From: Polyangiales bacterium
Lineage (GTDB): Bacteria > Myxococcota_A > Polyangia > Polyangiales > Ga0077539
Direction of reading: 5' to 3'
Assembly: GCA_044229975.1 (NCBI GenBank)
Contig: JBGARZ010000030.1
Location: 1-53,373, forward strand
DNA length: 53,373 nucleotides
The notes under the pieces are model-generated. The model saw only the letters and a program-made list of their open reading frames with translations, searched no databases and was not told the origin of the DNA. How positions within the stretch are numbered: position 1 is the first letter of the stretch; the number at the start of each line of letters is the position of its first letter. Shown one piece after another: positions 48,592 through 53,373 of this stretch. The translations under genes were made by a program, and so were the position numbers.

Positions 48592-49729
48592 CCTCGGCCC
48601 CAACCCCGCGCCATTGGCGGAAGCACTCTGGTCGCTCGCTCGCCACCATGACCTCCGGACGCGGGCGGCCTTCCTGCTCACCTACGCCCGCGGCGCCCAC
48701 TATCTCGATCGGGAGTTCCTCGCGACGGGCGGCGCGCTCGACCAGTTGCACGCTGTCCTCGGTCGCGACGTCCTGCCGCGCGACGCGCTCTTCTTGCACC
48801 GCGTCCAAGCCGACGACGGCGCCGCGATCGACGACGACTGGGAGCCCGCCCACACCCTCGCCTGGAACGAGGCCCGTTGGCGGTCCGCGCTCGCCGCGCT
48901 GAAGACCGCCGGGAACGACCCCGTCGTCTTCACCCTCCTCGGTGGTCGACGGCGCAGCATGAGTGCCCTCGACGCCGTCATCTTCCAACTGCTCGCACGC
49001 CCGCAGGACCGTCTGCTCGACGTGCGCGTGAGCGACACCCGCGTTGAAGGCGGCAGCGGGTTCTTCTTCCCCGAGCAGCGCAACCCCCTGGTGCGTACCC
49101 GCGGCGGTGACGTCGTCGACGCGCGGACGGTGACGGTGCGACTGGTCGACCTCCCCGTCCCGAAGCTGCGACGCCTCCTGGGCGAGCGCGTTCCGGCGAC
49201 CTACGCCGAGGCCCTGGTGCGCGCCGACGTCGCCGTCGATCGCACGCCGCCGATGCTCACCATCGACCTCGCAGCCCGAACCGTACGCGTGGGTGAGCAC
49301 CTGTTGGCGCTCCCGGCGCGGCAGTTTGCCTGGTACGCAACGCTCGCGTCGGATCGCTGCGCCGGCGCAGGCGACGGCACCATCTCCGCCGACGACTTCG
49401 AGGCACGCCTGCACCGAACGCTCCATCGGATGAAGTCGCTCGACCCGAAGTGGATGGCGACCTCGGGTCCCTTGGTGAAGCTGCTGGCGGTCCCGGCTGC
49501 GGCGGCGAGCGGCTCGTGGGTGGCGATCGCGCCCAACGAGGAGTGGAGCAGCCTGCGCTCGACCACCCGGAAGATGGTGAAGGACGCCGTCTCCGAGCTG
49601 GGACTCGTCGCGTCGGTGGCGTCACTGTTCGTTCCCACCCACCTCATCACCCACGCTGCCAAGGTGAAGCTCACGCTCTCCCGGCTGCCTCTCGACCCGT
49701 CGCGCATCGAGATCCTCCCGGCGCCGTAA
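48566..49729 (+). CDS. NE0113/Csm6-like CARF-domain protein with C-terminal winged HTH (387 aa)
   Basis: ILVGDLGPNPAPLAEALWSL, FTLLGGRRRSM, QLLARPQDRLLDVRVS, GFFFP, VRLVDLPVPKLR follow the Cas_NE0113 motif order; then LTIDLAARTVRVGEHLLALPARQFAWY. Confidence 0.75.
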   Translation: MTRCILVGDLGPNPAPLAEALWSLARHHDLRTRAAFLLTYARGAHYLDREFLATGGALDQLHAVLGRDVLPRDALFLHRVQADDGAAIDDDWEPAHTLAWNEARWRSALAALKTAGNDPVVFTLLGGRRRSMSALDAVIFQLLARPQDRLLDVRVSDTRVEGGSGFFFPEQRNPLVRTRGGDVVDARTVTVRLVDLPVPKLRRLLGERVPATYAEALVRADVAVDRTPPMLTIDLAARTVRVGEHLLALPARQFAWYATLASDRCAGAGDGTISADDFEARLHRTLHRMKSLDPKWMATSGPLVKLLAVPAAAASGSWVAIAPNEEWSSLRSTTRKMVKDAVSELGLVASVASLFVPTHLITHAAKVKLTLSRLPLDPSRIEILPAP

Positions 49730-49791
49730 CCTTACGAAGCGCTGACTTCTCTGCCGGGGACGCCCATCAGTGTGGGGCAGAAGGAGTCCCC

Positions 49792-50556
49792 ATGAACCAA
49801 CTCGCTCCGCACGAAACCCCCTGGCTCGCCGTCGCCGACCTGCACGGTCACCGCGCTCACTTCAACGCCCTGCTCGGCTGGGCCGAAGCGGAGTTCGGCG
49901 CGCAGCTCCACGTCTGCACCCTCGGCGACTACGTCGACAATGGCCGCGAGATTCCCGCGCTGCTCGACGACCTCATCGCCCTGCGTGAGCGCCTCGGGGA
50001 GCGCTTCGTTCCCATCCTGGGCAACCACGATCTCGCCCTTCTCCGTGCGCTCGGCTGGCCCGGCGCGGAGCCCGACGAGGTCTGGTACCAGCGCTGGAGT
50101 CGCAACTACTGGAACGCCGGGTTCGGCACCCCCGCAGCCTACGGCGCACGGACGTTGACGGAGTTCGTCGCGCGCTTCCCGGCGCACCATCGCACCTTCC
50201 TGGAGTCGCTGCCCTGGTTGCACGACACGGGTCGGTGGCTCTTCGTACACGCCGGCATGGAGCCTGGACCGCTCGCCCCGCAGTGCGCCGCGCTCGCCGC
50301 GAAGATCCTGCCCGCACAGCACGAGTGGCTGCCGACGCAGCTGCGCGACAAGGCGCTCTCCAAGACCGCCGATGCCGCGTGGGATCGCACCGTCGTCAGC
50401 GCGCACAACAAGCACCTGGGAGGGGCGCGCTTCGAGGGGCCCAACCGGATCTGCCTCTCGGGCGAGGTCGACGCGACGGGCATCTTGCGGGCGGTGGTGC
50501 TGCCCGCGCGCACCTTCGTACGAGTGGCGGCCGACGGTCACGTGACGTTGGACTGA
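49792..50556 (+). CDS. Calcineurin-like metallophosphoesterase, PPP/ApaH/PrpA-like (254 aa)
   Basis: ADLHG, LGDYVDNG, LGNHD, FVHAG, SAH; AAGGAG RBS. Confidence 0.9.
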   Translation: MNQLAPHETPWLAVADLHGHRAHFNALLGWAEAEFGAQLHVCTLGDYVDNGREIPALLDDLIALRERLGERFVPILGNHDLALLRALGWPGAEPDEVWYQRWSRNYWNAGFGTPAAYGARTLTEFVARFPAHHRTFLESLPWLHDTGRWLFVHAGMEPGPLAPQCAALAAKILPAQHEWLPTQLRDKALSKTADAAWDRTVVSAHNKHLGGARFEGPNRICLSGEVDATGILRAVVLPARTFVRVAADGHVTLD

Positions 50557-50568
50557 AGGGGACTCGAC

Positions 50569-51477
50569 ATGGACGCACTTCACGGATTCGAAGGACTCTT
50601 CAACGTGGGCGAGCCGAGCGGCGCCGGGGGATTGAAGGTGTTCCCGCTCTTCCCGACGGGGCCGGTGGTGCTCCCCGTGCGGACGTTGCGCGAGGTGATC
50701 GCCGCCGGAGGCGCTCGCGTGGAGGAGACCGATGCGGGGGAGGGACCGTGGTTTCGCGCGTTGTCCCTGCTCAATGAGAGCGCGCAGACGGTGCTGGTGA
50801 GCGACGGCGATCTGCTGACGGCCGGTTTGCAGGATCGCATCGTGGACACTCCGCGCGTGGTGCGCCCGGGAGTGCGAGTGACGTTGCTGGTGTCGTGCGT
50901 CGAGGCGGGCCGTTCGTCGCGGGGCGAGCGCGCCGACCTGGTCGTCGCCGAGCGTGCGGCCGAGCCCTCGGTGCGGCGCAAGCGGGCACTGCACGCGCTC
51001 CGCGGGGAGCGACCCAGTCAGGAGGAGACATGGGCGCACGTCGCGGAGCTGCGAGGCGGCCGCGGGCACCACGACGGGTCGGGTTCGTTGGCGGAGCGCT
51101 CGGGGCTCGACGAGCGGGCGGCGGCGACGGCGGCGCTGCTCCCTGCGGCGTATGGGGCGACGGGGCTGGCGGTCGCGCGCAACACCACGCGAGGCGCGCG
51201 GGTGGTGCTGCTGGAGTGGTTCGCCGACCCGGTGGCCTGCGCGAGCGCGTGGGAGTCGCTGGTGCGCGGCGTCGCGATGGACGTGCACCAGCCGACGGCC
51301 GACGTGAGGATCAGCCGCACCGAGCTGCGCAGCGTGGTGGGGAGGGTCAAGACTGCGACGGCACGGGAGGAGGTGTTTGCGGAGGGCGATCGGGTGACTT
51401 GGTTGTCCGAGGGCGCGATGGTGGGCCACGCAGTCGCGCTCGGTGAGCGGCTCGCGCACGTGGCGTTGCTGGCGTGA
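50569..51477 (+). CDS. ARPP-1/DUF6569-like protein (302 aa)
   Basis: GLKVFPL..RVEE..LLNES..GDLLTAGLQDRIV..VSCVEAGR..SQEETWAHV matches the family pattern as I recall it. Confidence 0.7.
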   Translation: MDALHGFEGLFNVGEPSGAGGLKVFPLFPTGPVVLPVRTLREVIAAGGARVEETDAGEGPWFRALSLLNESAQTVLVSDGDLLTAGLQDRIVDTPRVVRPGVRVTLLVSCVEAGRSSRGERADLVVAERAAEPSVRRKRALHALRGERPSQEETWAHVAELRGGRGHHDGSGSLAERSGLDERAAATAALLPAAYGATGLAVARNTTRGARVVLLEWFADPVACASAWESLVRGVAMDVHQPTADVRISRTELRSVVGRVKTATAREEVFAEGDRVTWLSEGAMVGHAVALGERLAHVALLA

Positions 51478-51488
51478 GAGGAGACGGG

Positions 51489-52655
51489 ATGTTCGAGCTG
51501 CTGTTTGCATTGGGGAATGACCCTGCCGCGGAGTCGGAGCTGGTCGACGGGCTGAACGCCCACACCGAGCGCGTGAGGGCCTCGCTGGGCGGGGGCGAAC
51601 GCACGTGGGTGTCGGCGGCCGAAGAGGAGGTCGCGGCCGACCCGGCGGGGACTATCTCCTTCGACGGGCGCGGCCGGGCGACGGTGCGTGCCCTGGGGCG
51701 GACGTGGGCCGCGGGGTGCTTCGAGATTCCGACCATCGGGGCGCTGCGCGACCGTGCCTCGCGCCGCGCGCTGCGGGCGGATGTGGGTCCGCATCGCCTA
51801 TGGGTGCTCGACGGGGAGAGCGTGGCAACGGACATCGGCGCGCTCCAGGCCCACGCGCCGGATGGAGCGCTCTTCCAGGCGGCCTCCCAGTTCAATTGCC
51901 TGGAGTCGCCCGGGGCGTACGTGACGCCTGTGATGGCGTATCTGGGTGACCCGACCCAGGGACCACGCGCGTCGATCTCGGCCTTTCCGGCGACGCTCAT
52001 CCGGCACTACGCGGCGCCCTCGAAGGATGGACGTCGCTTCACGCAGTCCACCCACCGGGAGCAGATCGACCTGCTCGCGGACGTGTGCGGTCCGCACGTG
52101 GCGTGCGTCGAGAGTGGGTACCTCCGCGACCGCTCGATCTACGACGCCGGGGCCTTCGCGGAGGCACTCCAGGCGCGCTTCGACGCGGTGCGCTTGGGCC
52201 TCCACGACGACGTGGAGGTTGTGCTCGGTGCCAACTGGGACGGCGCCGTCGCGACGCCGCACCGCATCGCGCAGGTGTTCACGTCGACCTTCGCGGGTGG
52301 GATGTACAGCTCGCTCGCGAGTCCGGGGGAGGCGTATCGGATCATCACCCGGCAGCTCCTGCGCGCGGCCTACCTCGGAACACTCCTGGGCGCGATCGCG
52401 GTCGGGCGCCGCGTGGTGGTGCTGACCCTCATCGGCGGCGGGGTGTTCGGCAATCCCATCGGATTGATCTGGGAGTCGATTCTGTGGGCCTTGGAGGAGG
52501 CCACGCGCGTGGCGCCGGTCGCGCTCGACGTGGTGGTCAATGGGCGCGCGCTGGCGCAGAGCATCGAGCCGACTGAACTCGCGGGTGAGGCCGCGCGCCG
52601 CGGCGGCGTGATGGTGGAGCTGGGCCGCACCGGAGGCGCGGTCGTGTTGCGATAG
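51489..52655 (+). CDS. Uncharacterised ASQFN/TQGP-motif protein, predicted Macro/PARG-like fold (388 aa)
   Basis: GAGGAG RBS; ALFQAASQFNCLE, DPTQGP, AAYLGTL, VVLTLIGGGVFGN (like the GxGxFG diphosphate loop of PARG/Macro proteins). Confidence 0.6.
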   Translation: MFELLFALGNDPAAESELVDGLNAHTERVRASLGGGERTWVSAAEEEVAADPAGTISFDGRGRATVRALGRTWAAGCFEIPTIGALRDRASRRALRADVGPHRLWVLDGESVATDIGALQAHAPDGALFQAASQFNCLESPGAYVTPVMAYLGDPTQGPRASISAFPATLIRHYAAPSKDGRRFTQSTHREQIDLLADVCGPHVACVESGYLRDRSIYDAGAFAEALQARFDAVRLGLHDDVEVVLGANWDGAVATPHRIAQVFTSTFAGGMYSSLASPGEAYRIITRQLLRAAYLGTLLGAIAVGRRVVVLTLIGGGVFGNPIGLIWESILWALEEATRVAPVALDVVVNGRALAQSIEPTELAGEAARRGGVMVELGRTGGAVVLR

Positions 52656-52701
52656 AGGGAAGGGGCGGAATCGACGTTGGCGAGACTCCCGGACGGGTCA
52701 C

Positions 52702-52983
52702 TCACCAGGCGTACCGTCCCCCACGTCCCTCGAACTTCTCTGCCGAGAACCCCACCTGCTCCAGCGCCTCGTGCACGCCGACCTCCAGGGTCGGGGCGCA
52801 CGGTCGCGCGCACGGCGTGTATGGGGGCCGCGCCGACATCTGCGGCATGAAGTGATCGAGAATGAGCGTGCGGAGTTGCTCGTCGTCGCGGTCGTCACGG
52901 GCAGCTTCGGGCGCCGCAGGCGGTTTGGGTGTCTGACGGTCACGCGGTAGTGGTCGTCTATCGTCGCCTTCCGGAGAGGACAT
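52702..52983 (-). CDS. Small hypothetical protein (~93 aa)
   Basis: ATG-start ORF convergent with the operon end; no recognisable motif. Confidence 0.3.
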   Translation of the reverse strand: MSSPEGDDRRPLPRDRQTPKPPAAPEAARDDRDDEQLRTLILDHFMPQMSARPPYTPCARPCAPTLEVGVHEALEQVGFSAEKFEGRGGRYAW

Positions 52984-53337
52984 GCAGACAACCGCGCTGC
53001 CGTTCCGGGAGTACGACTGGGCTTCGAGTCGCGAGTCTCTCGATGCGGTCGACGCCTCCGTCCCGTCCACTCGGACCCCCGCAACTCACCGACATAGCGA
53101 TGGCGCAGGGTTTTATGCCGCCACGTCACTCTGGACGCCGTTCGAGCGGCGTCGTACCGAGACGATCGGATGTGCTCCTCTGGAGGAGTGGCCGTCGCCA
53201 CTCCGGCCATCGACTGACAACCCGCGACCAAAGTGTTGATGGCCGCGTGGAAGCGGAGGTTTCGTGAGGGTCCCGACGGCGGGGTGACTCGCCGGGCTCC
53301 CTGGGGTGGAGTTCGGGTGCCTGGCCCTGGAAAGCTT

Positions 53338-53370
53338 GAAGGCCCGGGAGCTTGCACCTCCCGAGCCTTC
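53338..53370 (-). terminator. Terminator-like hairpin, likely for a gene beyond the right edge
   Basis: Minus-strand RNA GAAGGCUCGGGAG-N7-CUCCCGGGCCUUC forms 13 bp with one G-U pair; weak U tract (AAGCUUU). Confidence 0.45.
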
Positions 53371-53373
53371 GGT

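Noticed and set aside
49745..52745. 12-bp direct repeat ACTTCTCTGCCG flanking the last three genes (49745, 52734)
   Set aside because: Many 12-bp matches are expected by chance in 53 kb, and no recombinase is nearby.
1..53373. CRISPR array, cas core genes, tRNA/rRNA, integrase or reverse transcriptase
   Set aside because: None seen by eye; the 126-bp repeats are coding and the 9-bp array has no spacers.

Overview
A very GC-rich window, probably from Myxococcota/Polyangia (inferred from the Ser/Thr kinase-FGE fusion and Cys-rich lipoproteins), that is mostly a large anti-phage/conflict island. (1) 0.1-9.3 kb: mobile-element-like regulatory region with a tandem RHH-like protein, an excisionase-like HTH protein, a degenerate 9-bp tandem array, two paralogous XRE regulators, and an IS5-family element interrupted by a nested single-ORF IS66-family element. 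(2) 9.5-12 kb: kinase-FGE protein and a near-symmetric ricin-type lectin. (3) 12.1-33.3 kb: a complete class 1 DISARM (drmD-drmMI...drmA-drmB-drmC) split by a tightly coupled DUF6361-like/PLD/helicase trio (Azaca-like) and an unknown gene that has a paralog at 0.8-2.4 kb. (4) 33.4-36.2 kb: two secreted proteins. (5) 36.5-45.3 kb: a degenerate NTPase-TPR + MBL hydrolase pair, a WYL/WCX remnant, a PD-(D/E)XK nuclease and an McrBC-like pair. (6) 45.6-52.7 kb: AAA+ ATPase, Macro-like/SIR2, NE0113-type CARF-wHTH, metallophosphoesterase, ARPP-1/DUF6569-like and PARG/Macro-like genes. This last cluster, with no CRISPR array or cas core genes in the window, is my best candidate for an undescribed nucleotide-signalling/ADP-ribose conflict system. 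All family assignments are from motif recognition by eye; no searches were run.
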